This document shows, piece by piece, positions 16,702 to 26,413 of a DNA stretch of 64,000 nucleotides. The DNA comes from Candidatus Multivoradales bacterium. GTDB taxonomy: Bacteria > Acidobacteriota > Thermoanaerobaculia > Multivoradales > J023. The translations under genes and the position numbers were made by a program. Location of the stretch: assembly GCA_965248925.1 (NCBI GenBank), contig CBDFLE010000006.1, positions 2,272,001-2,336,000 of the forward strand. Reading direction: 5' to 3'. The first letter of the stretch is position 1. The number at the start of each line of letters is the position of its first letter. The notes beneath the pieces are model-generated. The model was not told the origin of the DNA and ran no database searches. It saw nothing but the letters and a program-made list of their open reading frames with translations.

Positions 16702-16964
16702 GGCTCGACTTTCTCCGGCATCAACCGCTGGGTCTGTACTCTGGCTACGCGCAACCGCGTGGTGAGCAACTCCAGATCCTCCTGCCTGCCGCTCTCCAGC
16801 ATTCGCAGGATTCGGGCCGCCGCATTCTGGGGCCGGTCAGCATGGTCGAAGTCCGGTTCGGGCAAGGCCGCACAGATCTGGACGAGCCGCTCCTCGATCG
16901 CGCCAAGCTCGGCTTCCAAATCTGCCAGGGCGGCGGGAAGGTCGGCGAGTTGTAGCGTCTTCAT
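16698..16964 (-). CDS. Small helical hypothetical protein
   Basis: MKTLQLADLPAALADLEAELGAIEERL...; ATG preceded by a hairpin and pyrimidine tract. Confidence 0.65.
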   Translation of the reverse strand: MKTLQLADLPAALADLEAELGAIEERLVQICAALPEPDFDHADRPQNAAARILRMLESGRQEDLELLTTRLRVARVQTQRLMPEKVEP

Positions 16965-17440
16965 CAGGAGAAAGAAAAAGGGTGGCGGCCACAGTGGGAG
17001 GGATTGGCGTGTACCACTGCGACCGCCGGATGAGAGAGAAAAGAACCCCAGTTCGCAATCGGTTGCTTTCGGGACCCCAATACTGCGCCACCCCGATCCT
17101 GATGGCCAGAGCACGCCCCTGAGCTAGTTTCCTGCTTTGCCGCCCAGCCGCAGGACTTTTTCCCTGTCCCAAAACCAGCACTCGCCCTCCAAGCGCGTTC
17201 GCCTGCGCGTTTCTTCTGGCGTAGGTCAGCGGCCAGACAATGTGCCTTGCCCAACCGCCTGAACAGACCCTAGGGTCGATCGACCGACCGGCCAACAAAC
17301 CCGATCATGGTGATTGCGGGAAGAGGTGTGGCCGCAGGAGATTGGAAATGTCCCAGGCTCAAGTATCGAGAACCCGGATGGCGACTTCAGACGGATTCAG
17401 CCCACATATCGATCCATCTGGCTAAGGCGAGAGTGCCGCG

Positions 17441-19123
17441 CTACTCGTGAAGGCGCGGAATCTGGATCAACAAGCGCAGCGTCGCTTGGAGCTGCTGGAG
17501 CAAGTCGCGGCTCAGCCGTTCTTCGGCTATGGCAGTTCTGAGTAGGCCCAGCGCTACCAGCACTTCACGATGAATCCGGAGCCCTTCAAGAGTGGGAATC
17601 AGCGACATGGCGATCTCAGCTGTGGAGCGGTTACGTTTTTGCTCCAAGAAGAGAACGGCGAGATCGAGCGAGATGACGGCGGCATAGCCTGTTTCGCCAC
17701 TGTCAGCGAAGCCTTGCTGCGCCGTTTGGAACGCTTGTTCAGCGCTCGCAAGGTCTGACTTGCTCTGCGCGATCAGACCCCGCAGCCAGCAGAGTTGGTG
17801 CTGCCCGATTTGATAGCGATGGCGCGCGCAAAGTTCCGCGGCACGAGGAAGGTGCTGCTGTGCTTCTTCGTAGCGCTCGGCCAGGGTCAAAGAGGTGGCC
17901 AGGTTGACGGTCAGAGCGAGTTCGAGATGGGAGTCTGTACTCGCTGTGTTCGCCAGGCACTCTTTCGCGCGCTGGAGATCAGGGACGGCGTCCGCTGGTC
18001 GGCCATCGAGATCGGCGATCAACGCCCGGCGCAGCAGCACGCGGCAAACCTGCTGGGGAGGACTGTCGCTTCGGTCCAATTCGCCCATGGCCTGGTTGAC
18101 CAACTCTGCTGCCTCTACCAAGCGGCGCTGGTACACCCGCAAGCCGGCTTTGAGATCGTAGAGATCGGCGGCGACGGCAGGGTTCGGCGGCTGCGAAGCT
18201 GCCAGCCAGCAATGCTCTGATTCGGCGAACGCCAGCTCGGCGCCGGCGTAGTCCAGCGCCAGTCGCCGGGCGTTGCCGATCCACGCCCACGCCTTGGCAG
18301 ACAAGTCCGGCAGCAAAGCACCGAGCGCCGAAGCGCTGCCTTGCAAGCTCTCCAGTGCCAGCTCGGCCAACTGGATACCGCGCTGGCGGTCACCTCGCCC
18401 CTCCTGACGGCTCTGCTTCAGCAGGAAGTCGAAGAGCGCCGCTGAGCGGAACGAGATCCGCGAGCGCACGAATTCAACTTGCTCTACGGAGGAAAGATCA
18501 CGAATCGTTTCCCAGACCACTACAGCGAAGGCTTTCTCAAACTGGACGCCGTCAACCAACAGCTTGTGCGCGTTTGCATCTGCTGACGTGGGATAGAGCA
18601 GACGCCAGCGGCGGCGCAACACGGCAGCCTCGGCTGGATCGAGTTCGCCAACCAATGCTCGCCGCCAGTAGTCAGCAGAAAACATCTCCTGCTGCGCACT
18701 TCCGGCTCTCGCAGTGGCTTGCCCATCAGCCTTGCAAAAGTCAGCCGGGCGCATGCCGCTCCAGCGCGTGAAGGCACGGGAGAACACCGATGCGGAGGAG
18801 TAGCCCACCAAGTCGCCGATGGCTGAGATACGCAGCTCCGAGGTTCGCATCAGCTCGACCGCCGTCTGCAAGCGCGCATCTTCGATATAGACACTGGGCG
18901 GTATGCCGACGTGCTGCCGGAAGAGGAGCGGAAACGAATTGTCGCGGATACGGCCGGCAATCTTGAGCCGACTGACATTGAAGCCAGGTTCAAAGAGGTG
19001 CTCTTGCAGGTAGCGGAGCACCGGCACGAGCTGCGCCGGTGCCCTCTCGCGGTCGCTGCGGATGCGCGCGAGCGCAGAGGCGGCGGCGGTGTCCAGCAGA
19101 GCTTGGGAATGGTCGAGCTGCAT
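17441..19123 (-). CDS. AraC-type HTH transcriptional regulator with C-terminal TPR-like region
   Basis: FRQHVGIPPSVYIEDARLQTAVELM...ISAIGDLVGYSSASVFSRAFTRWSGMRP (AraC signature) followed by helical repeats. Confidence 0.88.
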   Translation of the reverse strand: MQLDHSQALLDTAAASALARIRSDRERAPAQLVPVLRYLQEHLFEPGFNVSRLKIAGRIRDNSFPLLFRQHVGIPPSVYIEDARLQTAVELMRTSELRISAIGDLVGYSSASVFSRAFTRWSGMRPADFCKADGQATARAGSAQQEMFSADYWRRALVGELDPAEAAVLRRRWRLLYPTSADANAHKLLVDGVQFEKAFAVVVWETIRDLSSVEQVEFVRSRISFRSAALFDFLLKQSRQEGRGDRQRGIQLAELALESLQGSASALGALLPDLSAKAWAWIGNARRLALDYAGAELAFAESEHCWLAASQPPNPAVAADLYDLKAGLRVYQRRLVEAAELVNQAMGELDRSDSPPQQVCRVLLRRALIADLDGRPADAVPDLQRAKECLANTASTDSHLELALTVNLATSLTLAERYEEAQQHLPRAAELCARHRYQIGQHQLCWLRGLIAQSKSDLASAEQAFQTAQQGFADSGETGYAAVISLDLAVLFLEQKRNRSTAEIAMSLIPTLEGLRIHREVLVALGLLRTAIAEERLSRDLLQQLQATLRLLIQIPRLHE

Positions 19124-19364
19124 GGTTCAGATCTCCCCTTGGATATGTTTGGGGGAACTGTAGCAGAATCTCTGGGCAGGGCAAGCTGGCGGTCAGGAAG
19201 GAGGGTGGTGGTGGTGGTGGTGGTCGAGGGTATCTGGACAGACTCGGGAATCACCGCTATCGTGCCGGTGTTGTCGCCGGAGAACGGCTGATTTTGCCAG
19301 TCCGAGATGCCAACCTCGACTACCCCGTTCTAGACGAGGTTCTGAGTGTCCTGGAAAAGCGTTC

Positions 19365-19615
19365 AGGCGAAGAGAACCAACGGCAGACAGCGGAGACGGT
19401 GCATGGCGAGACTCCTTCTGACGAGTCCGAGTACGGGTTCAAGATGAATCGCCTAGATAATCCGTGGCGGGTTTCTCGTCAAGGTTCTCTGTAATCGCCG
19501 CATGGGCCAACTGCGGCTGGACAAGGAGAACGAGCGCCAGTTGGAGTTCGTGGCAGTGGAGGCGATTTGCGTGGCGCTGGGGCTGGGGTTTGGGGAGTTT
19601 GTGGGGAGGTGGAGG
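19365..19615 (+). pseudogene. Degenerate, internally deleted copy of the XRE-HTH module at 32612-32975
   Basis: CCGAGTACGGG...GATGAAT...AGATAAT...GCCAACTGCGGCTGGA...CAGTTGGAGTTCGTG...GGGGCTGGGGTTTGGGGAGTTTGTGGGG is shared, but the HTH core (~120 bp) is missing. Confidence 0.8.
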
Positions 19616-20022
19616 TGGGTTCTCGGGAGCTTCTTGGACGGGAAGAGCGAGGAACAGGGAGCCCAGGGTAATTGCGCAGGCCAAAGCCAGAAGAGTAAGC
19701 CTCGTAAGGCTAAGTCCCTTTTTTGTGAGCGATTTACGAGGATCCTTGAAATCGAGAAAATCTCTGATAAAGTAACGAATACGTAAGAAACGGGCAAAAA
19801 CCGACCACAACTGTCAAGCAATGCTACCATTCCAGGAGCGGTTTGCGCCTGTCGCAGGCCTACAACGGAGCCGAAAGAGCCCCTCTGGGCCTTGTTCGCT
19901 ATTACGCATCTGCCCTTCATTAGAAGGTGATCGTCGTTGTACCGGATGAGTGGGACCCCCAGTTGAGGGAGTATTGGCAGCATTTGCCTTGACAGGCAAA
20001 GCCCCACAGGAGTAGTCTTCAT

Positions 20023-20331
20023 ATGTCCTCTAATAAGCACCACATGAGCGAATCCCCCAGAGCAACATCATCTTCGGCCGAAGGTAATGTTACGCCGAAA
20101 ATACGGGAAGCGAGCAGCACAGTAGAGGATTGTCAGCTCTCTCTAGGGAGGCAGCTGGAAATCGTCCTAGAGGATCGTCTGGGACATTCACCGGATGAGA
20201 TGCCTTTATACGCCAAGCCCCGGCGAATGGCGCCGGGAACAGCGCCTCCACATCGCGGCAAGCAAAAACATGGCTTTGCCCGAGGCTTCGATAGTCTAGC
20301 TGGAAAATCTCTAGGTACATTCGATTTTTAG
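20023..20331 (+). CDS. Possible small protein upstream of the HExxH/SIR2 pair
   Basis: 102-aa ORF with AGGAG upstream, co-oriented and ending 20 nt before the large ORF; no family motif. Confidence 0.35.
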   Translation: MSSNKHHMSESPRATSSSAEGNVTPKIREASSTVEDCQLSLGRQLEIVLEDRLGHSPDEMPLYAKPRRMAPGTAPPHRGKQKHGFARGFDSLAGKSLGTFDF

Positions 20332-20351
20332 GGTGGGTCACTCCATAGGGT

Positions 20352-23300
20352 GTGTTGCGGCTTCTTCCCAGCAGCACTCTTACCGAGTACCGACAGGGGA
20401 GAATTATGCTCAAGGGCTTCCAGTCAACAAATATTTCACTGCATGCCGGGTTTCTCAATGTTATCTTCTTTGAGACGAATCCATCCAAGATCCTAGAGAT
20501 CGCCAAAGCTGCTAAGTCGCGCGTAGAAGACCTACGATCTCACCGACCGCACGACTATCAGTTCTCTTGGCTGCCAGAAGCTGAACTTCCGATTTGCGAA
20601 GAAGAGGACGAAGGCGCTGCCTTCTACTTCCCTCGCGTCTTCATCACCTCGGGAACGTTTGACGTTGCCGCGATTTTCCTTTCTCCCACAATGGAGATGG
20701 CACCTTGGATGCAAGTGGACGCACTACGAGTGTCCGGTCAGGACATCAATGTCGCACTGCTACCCAAGAAGAGCCCCCTTCTCGGTAGTGGGGTTCGAGA
20801 CTTCAATCGCGACTTCTGGGAATCCTACAGGCAAGAGCCTAGTAGGAACTTGGAGCCAGCCAGGGCATTCACCGGAATAATCAAGCTCAAAATCAATCCT
20901 GCGACCTGGCCGACGCTTCACCCCAACGCTGACCAGCAAACTGGACAGCTCACTCATCAGTTGGCCGACCTCTGGCAAGCGGTGGACCGCTGGCGGAAGA
21001 CAACAGCAGTTGCAGGAACGGAACACCCCGAAGTAGCACTCGCCATCTCCTTCGGCTGGAACGAGTTTCTTATTGTGGCGCATGCCGACTCTCCCGGCAA
21101 GCTGTTTCGCCTGTCACTTGCTATTCGCCAATGTTCTACATCGGCACCATGTCTCGCCGATGAGCCCAAGAACCTGGTACATCTCTTGTCGACGACAATA
21201 ACCGCAGTAGGGCACGATTACCGAATTCGCGAACATTGCATCGAGGAGTTGGACTCTCGGAGCAAGGCACGCCACTCAATCTCAGCTAAAGAAATCCTAA
21301 ATCTTGCTCTCGCTCTTCCGCGAAACCACCAAGAGAAAAAGACCTTCGAAGAGACAGGGGACATCCCTGGCACCTTCTATCAAATCGGTTGCCACACATA
21401 CCCAGGACACGAGAAGAGTCTCTTCTCGCTACTTCGGAAGCTTGAGGATACGCTGAAGAAGCAAAATATGCTGACTTCGGAAGATTCAAGCTGCGTGGAT
21501 ATCGGCAAAAGGGATATTTGGACTCCTAGGATCGTAATCGGAGAAAACTATTTTTCTCCGCTAGAAGCGACCTACTTGGTGGAGTTGCTTCATGTCTGGA
21601 TTCGCAATGGAGGCGCCGGACCCCTGGGAAAACGGACACAACGCGGGAAGTCCAACGGCGAAGCTCCAATCCGTGCCGCGTTTGACTTCTACACTCGCCT
21701 AGCGTGCCCAAGGCGCGTCAATGAACAAAACCTGAATCTGCGGCCCGTTCCACTCAACCATGTGACCAGAATGCCGCAAGATTATCTTACCCCGCCCCTA
21801 GTAACAATGGAATTCGCCCAGACTCGCGAAGATAACGGATTCGTGGCCCGCCTCAAGTTCTCCATGCGGATCCTACAGATCCCCTACTATCTCTCTGAGC
21901 AGATTCTCAACTTGGTGAATACATTTTTCTGGGCAAACGATCGTGACGTCATCTGGGACGAGAGCATTGAATTGATCCCCGTGGTAGTTGGCCTTGCTGA
22001 CAACGTGAATGCGCTACGAAACTGGTGGAATCTCGGCAAACCGACAGTACCACTCTATCCCTGGGAGTCTGTCTCTGAAGAACAGCGCAACGAGCTGATT
22101 GGCGATGAAGTTGGACGCAGACTGGCCGGAAACATCGACCCGAATATCCCAGAACTGCTGCATGCCTTCCGGGCATATTTTTATTCAAGACACCTGTCAA
22201 GCTACCTAACCGACGAAATGCCGGATATGAACATCCGCTTTCGCGGCTCGGTGCACCAACTACTAAATATATCAAATCTGATCCTCGACGCGATGTCTGA
22301 CCGAATCTTCGGTCCGAGAGCCTCAATGGCAATCATCGGCGACAGCGCGTCGCCCGAAATTGAGACTCCGTGCGATATCATCGTTGTAAAGCTCAATACT
22401 AACACCTTTACTATGCCCATAATGCTTGAATCTCTCGCTCACGAAGTTGGCCACGAACTAATCCTGGAGTTGATACGCGATTCCGTTGACTCAGGGTGGA
22501 GGCGTCACCGCTGGCTAAAAGGCAAGTTCAGTCGAACTCGCCAGAAGAACTTCAAGCGACTTGTCTCTGTGTTTACGCAGTTGCACCATGATGTGTTCCA
22601 AACCATGCTCGTGCCACCGACTAGCGACAATGACTGCGCCAGAGTCTTCATTGAGAGCTCTAGCGACTTTGTCGAATACCAACTCCTAGCCTTTGCTTCA
22701 GTGGAAGACTGGGCTCCGAGTTTTTTCTTAAGAATGGTACTTGCCGGGAGCCCCAGCAGTCTTGGTGCAAGACCTGAAGACATCGGTTCAATCGTGCCTC
22801 ACCTAGACGACAAGTTGATCTTGTCGGCCATACTAAGATCTGTCCATGTACTACTCGCGCACAGAATGAGCACAAAGGACTGGAGTAGCCTGGAAGAATT
22901 TAGAGATAGGATGATTGTCGCAGACCTGGCAGAGTTTAGAGATCTTCTGATAGAGAGATGTGTTCTCGGTCCAGGAGTGTCGCCTGCTCACTTGCTTCGC
23001 GCGGAATCTTGGCAGCATTTTGTTCGCAGCGAAGTCTTTGGCTCTTCACCTCTTTTCTTCTCGGAGGAGGGCTTTGAGCTTGCCTGCAAGTTCTACAAGG
23101 CTTTGGCTGGTCACGCGCGACCGCACCCGAACTCAATCCGAAAAGACACACCAGAGCGCTTTCTGAGCAGTATCCAAGATTCTTTCCGAGACCTACGTGG
23201 GTCATTCCCACAAGGGCAGGAAGAGGGTGATGGAGTATATGGACTCTTGCTCCCGAGCTTACATATACGTCACTGGCTTTCCGCCGAAGAACTCCGTGAC

Positions 23301-23600
23301 GTGCGCTCAGGAAAGATTTCCGCAACAGGGTGGGGTACTAGAAAAAGACCTTGGGTAGTAGCCCCTCAGCCCACGAAGACCCTCTTAGAATTCTTACGGG
23401 ATGGGCGTCCCTTTTCTCCAAGAACTTCGATCTTTCAGCGGGGTCAGATAATCCCGCGCTCAATCTCGGTTCAAGGCAGGTGGACCGACATAAACAGCCG
23501 TTTCCTGTTGCGATTGCTAGATATGGTGCCGTCCTGGCGTGTTTCTATTCTCAGAAAGCTCGAGGTTGTGCTGTCGCGTTCACGGAGTCGAAGTGTTTAG
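20352..23600 (+). CDS. 1082-aa hypothetical protein with HExxH zinc-metallopeptidase motif and repeated G-x-x-[DE] ferredoxin-like segments
   Basis: LAHEVGHEL, downstream FIESSSDF (possible third ligand); N-terminal SGTFDV, SFGWNEF, IGKRDI; lower GC than host genes. Confidence 0.85.
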   Translation: MLRLLPSSTLTEYRQGRIMLKGFQSTNISLHAGFLNVIFFETNPSKILEIAKAAKSRVEDLRSHRPHDYQFSWLPEAELPICEEEDEGAAFYFPRVFITSGTFDVAAIFLSPTMEMAPWMQVDALRVSGQDINVALLPKKSPLLGSGVRDFNRDFWESYRQEPSRNLEPARAFTGIIKLKINPATWPTLHPNADQQTGQLTHQLADLWQAVDRWRKTTAVAGTEHPEVALAISFGWNEFLIVAHADSPGKLFRLSLAIRQCSTSAPCLADEPKNLVHLLSTTITAVGHDYRIREHCIEELDSRSKARHSISAKEILNLALALPRNHQEKKTFEETGDIPGTFYQIGCHTYPGHEKSLFSLLRKLEDTLKKQNMLTSEDSSCVDIGKRDIWTPRIVIGENYFSPLEATYLVELLHVWIRNGGAGPLGKRTQRGKSNGEAPIRAAFDFYTRLACPRRVNEQNLNLRPVPLNHVTRMPQDYLTPPLVTMEFAQTREDNGFVARLKFSMRILQIPYYLSEQILNLVNTFFWANDRDVIWDESIELIPVVVGLADNVNALRNWWNLGKPTVPLYPWESVSEEQRNELIGDEVGRRLAGNIDPNIPELLHAFRAYFYSRHLSSYLTDEMPDMNIRFRGSVHQLLNISNLILDAMSDRIFGPRASMAIIGDSASPEIETPCDIIVVKLNTNTFTMPIMLESLAHEVGHELILELIRDSVDSGWRRHRWLKGKFSRTRQKNFKRLVSVFTQLHHDVFQTMLVPPTSDNDCARVFIESSSDFVEYQLLAFASVEDWAPSFFLRMVLAGSPSSLGARPEDIGSIVPHLDDKLILSAILRSVHVLLAHRMSTKDWSSLEEFRDRMIVADLAEFRDLLIERCVLGPGVSPAHLLRAESWQHFVRSEVFGSSPLFFSEEGFELACKFYKALAGHARPHPNSIRKDTPERFLSSIQDSFRDLRGSFPQGQEEGDGVYGLLLPSLHIRHWLSAEELRDVRSGKISATGWGTRKRPWVVAPQPTKTLLEFLRDGRPFSPRTSIFQRGQIIPRSISVQGRWTDINSRFLLRLLDMVPSWRVSILRKLEVVLSRSRSRSV

Positions 23601-24615
23601 GGCTCAGGAAGCTGCCTTCCAGCTCCTTGAAGAATCGTTCCATGACGGGTCAGTCTGCCTGGTGTTGGGCGCGGGAGCAAGTGTTGACATCGGTCTTCCT
23701 CAATGGAAAGGTCTCGTGGAAAAGGTCGCGGGACAGTTAGGCGCCGAAACGAAGAACCTCGATTCGGCTGGCTATGCTAGAGTTCTTGGACAACTAGCAC
23801 GCTCGTCTGAGTTTTGGCGGGCCCTCAGTACCGCTCTTTACAGCGGACAGTGCTCAAGAGACTGGGTTAGCCGATCCTTGTCGGGAAGCTATGCGCTGAA
23901 GCGTTTGGCAATATTGGCGATACTAGGCGCGATTGGCCACCCTGATCGATCCTTCCACGCAATGACCTACAACCTGGACTGTCTCCTTGAGGAACAGATA
24001 GCCCATCTTGGCCACAGGGCGGTAGCATCGACTGCAAACGAGGAAGAGGTTTGGGAACCGACAGACTCAACAGAGGCGCTAGTTACTTGCTGCCCCAGGC
24101 ATTCTAGGGGTGAAGTGGCTACAGTCAGGATCTTTCACCCTCATGGACTGTTGTTAAGGGAGGGATCGAGGGCAATCGATCCAATACTGACTGCTGAGCA
24201 ATACGAGAGCCTCGCCAATGTTCCGTTGGGACAAATTAATCTTACGCAGATGCGACTGTTTATCCAGAGAACCTGCATCTTTTATGGTTTTTCTATGACA
24301 GACCCAAACGTCAACAGACTACAGCGGCTCGTTCACAACTTGGTGCGGTCTGGAACGGAACAGGAATCGGCCGGCAACGATTGCTTCTCTCACATTGCAC
24401 TGATCACTGACGAATCCGGCTCTGTTGTAGCAAAACGGGCCGCTCGCGGAGACGCCAATACGATTGCTGGCTTGGAACAAATCGACCTGTATGAGATGGG
24501 AGTTCTGAGACTTGGGCATATGGGCTACCGACAGCACCGGCTCTTTCTGGCGGAGCTGTTGCGGCGTGTAGGCAAAGGATTTCAGTGGCCGGGCAAGCTG
24601 AGTCCCTACTCCTAG
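23593..24615 (+). CDS. SIR2-like (SIR2_2) domain protein, putative NADase effector
   Basis: LVLGAGASVDIGLPQWKGL, TYNLDCLLE, IFHPHG, CIFYGFSMTDPNV. GTG at 23593 lies just upstream of the TAG (23598-23600) of the large gene, so the ORFs overlap by 8 nt. Confidence 0.9.
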   Translation: MFRAQEAAFQLLEESFHDGSVCLVLGAGASVDIGLPQWKGLVEKVAGQLGAETKNLDSAGYARVLGQLARSSEFWRALSTALYSGQCSRDWVSRSLSGSYALKRLAILAILGAIGHPDRSFHAMTYNLDCLLEEQIAHLGHRAVASTANEEEVWEPTDSTEALVTCCPRHSRGEVATVRIFHPHGLLLREGSRAIDPILTAEQYESLANVPLGQINLTQMRLFIQRTCIFYGFSMTDPNVNRLQRLVHNLVRSGTEQESAGNDCFSHIALITDESGSVVAKRAARGDANTIAGLEQIDLYEMGVLRLGHMGYRQHRLFLAELLRRVGKGFQWPGKLSPYS

Positions 24616-24658
24616 CTGAGGCACTCGGCTAGGCAGGTCTTTACTCGCAGCCGACTGC

Positions 24659-25294
24659 TTGTATCCTGAGCTACACTTGCCCCCTTTTCCGATTCTTCAC
24701 ATCCCCTCCTACTCCACCCCCTTCCGCTGGCTCATCGGCCTCTTCCGCTCGCGCATCCACGGCGACGCCCGTTGGATGCGCCGCAGCGAACGCCGCCAGT
24801 TTCTCGCACCTCGGAATCGGGGCATCACGCTCGCCTCCGGTGCCCCTGGCATCTCCGGAGCCGGAGCCATGCGACTCAGCCAGCGCGACTCCTTCACCAA
24901 CCTGGCGCTCGTGGCGCCCACAGGCTCGGGAAAGACCACGCGCTATGTCATCCCAAACGTCCTCCAAGTCGACGGTTCCGTCGTCGTCACCGACCCGGCC
25001 GGCGAGATTTTCGCCTGCACCTCGGGACATCTCGCCAGTCGTGGATTCCAGATCCAGACGCTACAACCAGCAGACGTGAAGCACAGCGCGCAGTTCAACC
25101 CCTTGGCGTTCTGTAAAACTCCGCAGCAGCTGCGGCAGCTGGCTACTTTGTTGGGGAAGAGCATGCAGGGTCAGCGTTCCGATCCCTTCTGGTCAACGGC
25201 GGCGATCAACCTCCTGGCGTTCAGCCTGGTGGCCATCGCCAATGTCGAAGATGAGCGCTTCCGTAATTTGGGAAATCTGCGCTGGCTCCTGAAC
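24659..25294 (+). pseudogene. VirD4/TraG-type coupling protein fragment truncated by IS21
   Basis: HGDARW, LVAPTGSGKTTRYVIPNVL, SVVVTDPAGEI, FNPL, DPFW; the frame runs into the IS21 terminal repeat. Confidence 0.88.
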
Positions 25295-25648
25295 TGCCTA
25301 TTCCGACGAAACTGACCAGCCATTCCGATCGAAACCGACCACTTGTCGGAGCGAAGCGACGCTGGCGCTCTCCTCAGTTGTAAGTGTCCACTTTCGCTGT
25401 AGCTGGAGCCCTCCTTCCGGCTCTTCTTCTTGGTTGATTGTATTCAAATAACCCGTCGTCGGGGCTGTGCGTAGCTGTGGGAAACGCGGGTGGGTGGCCG
25501 GGGGGCGTTTTCCAAGCGGCTGTGGGAATCGCAGAGCGATTTCCTCAGCCGCGGCAGCTTCCACAGTCCATCTTGGGTCGGGTCCGGATCGGGCCGCAGG
25601 CCCGCTGATGGGTCAGGATCGGCGATCGCTTCAGCATGCTCTTGGATC

Positions 25649-26413
25649 TCACCTTGCCTCTCGCTGGGCGGCCTTGCGAATACCGCCGGCTCTCTTCGCC
25701 CGCATGGAGTCACCGTCCACCGCGAGCTTGTAGGCGCCGTGGACAATGCGATCGAGGATGGCGTCGGCCAAGGTCGGATCGCCGATGACCTCGTACCAGC
25801 TCTCAACCGGTAGCTGGGAGGTCACCAGCGTGGAGCGGTTGCCGTAGCGGTCCTCAAGAATCTCGAGCAGGTCGCGCCGCTCGCTGGCCCCGATCGGCGC
25901 CAGCCCCCAGTCGTCGAGGATGAGCAGGTCTGTGCGAGCATAGCTCTTGAGCAGCTTCTCGTAGCTACCATCACCCCGCGCGATGGCGAGCTGGCGAAAC
26001 AGCCTCGGCACCCGCAGGTACAAAGCGGTGTAACCCTCCCGACATGCCTTGTGCGCGAAGGCGCAGGCGAGAAAGGTCTTGCCCACCCCGGCCTTGCCGG
26101 TGATCAGCACGTTGAGATGCTCGGCGATCCACTGGCACGAGGCCAGGCGCAGGATCTGGCCTTTGTCCAGGCCCCTCTTGGCTCGCCAGTCGATGTCTTC
26201 GATGGCCGCCTGCTCGCGCAGCTTGGCTTTTCGCAACCGCGCTATCAAGCGGCGGCTGGATCGCTCGGTCGCTTCGCGCTCGACCAGCAGCCCGAGGCGC
26301 TCTTCGAAGGAGAGCTCTGAGACATCGACCATCGACAGCTGCTCCTCAAAGGCTTTGGCCATACCGTGGAGCTTGAGCGCGGCGAGTTGATCGAGCGTCG
26401 CGTGCCTCAGCAT
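25649..26413 (-). CDS. istB: IS21 helper ATPase
   Basis: LKLHGM, GKAGVGKTFLACA, DLLILDDWG, LLEILEDRY, TSQLP, DPTLADAILDR; ATG overlaps the end of istA. Confidence 0.96.
   Translation of the reverse strand: MLRHATLDQLAALKLHGMAKAFEEQLSMVDVSELSFEERLGLLVEREATERSSRRLIARLRKAKLREQAAIEDIDWRAKRGLDKGQILRLASCQWIAEHLNVLITGKAGVGKTFLACAFAHKACREGYTALYLRVPRLFRQLAIARGDGSYEKLLKSYARTDLLILDDWGLAPIGASERRDLLEILEDRYGNRSTLVTSQLPVESWYEVIGDPTLADAILDRIVHGAYKLAVDGDSMRAKRAGGIRKAAQREAR

Noticed and set aside
19204-19224. (GGT)7 microsatellite, readable as poly-His, poly-Pro or poly-Thr
   Set aside because: It lies in a degraded region with stop codons; no credible ORF start or function can be supported.
22247-22258. TCGGTGCACCA as a possible attR copy of the tRNA 3' end
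   Set aside because: Short, imperfect and inside an intact ORF; expected by chance.
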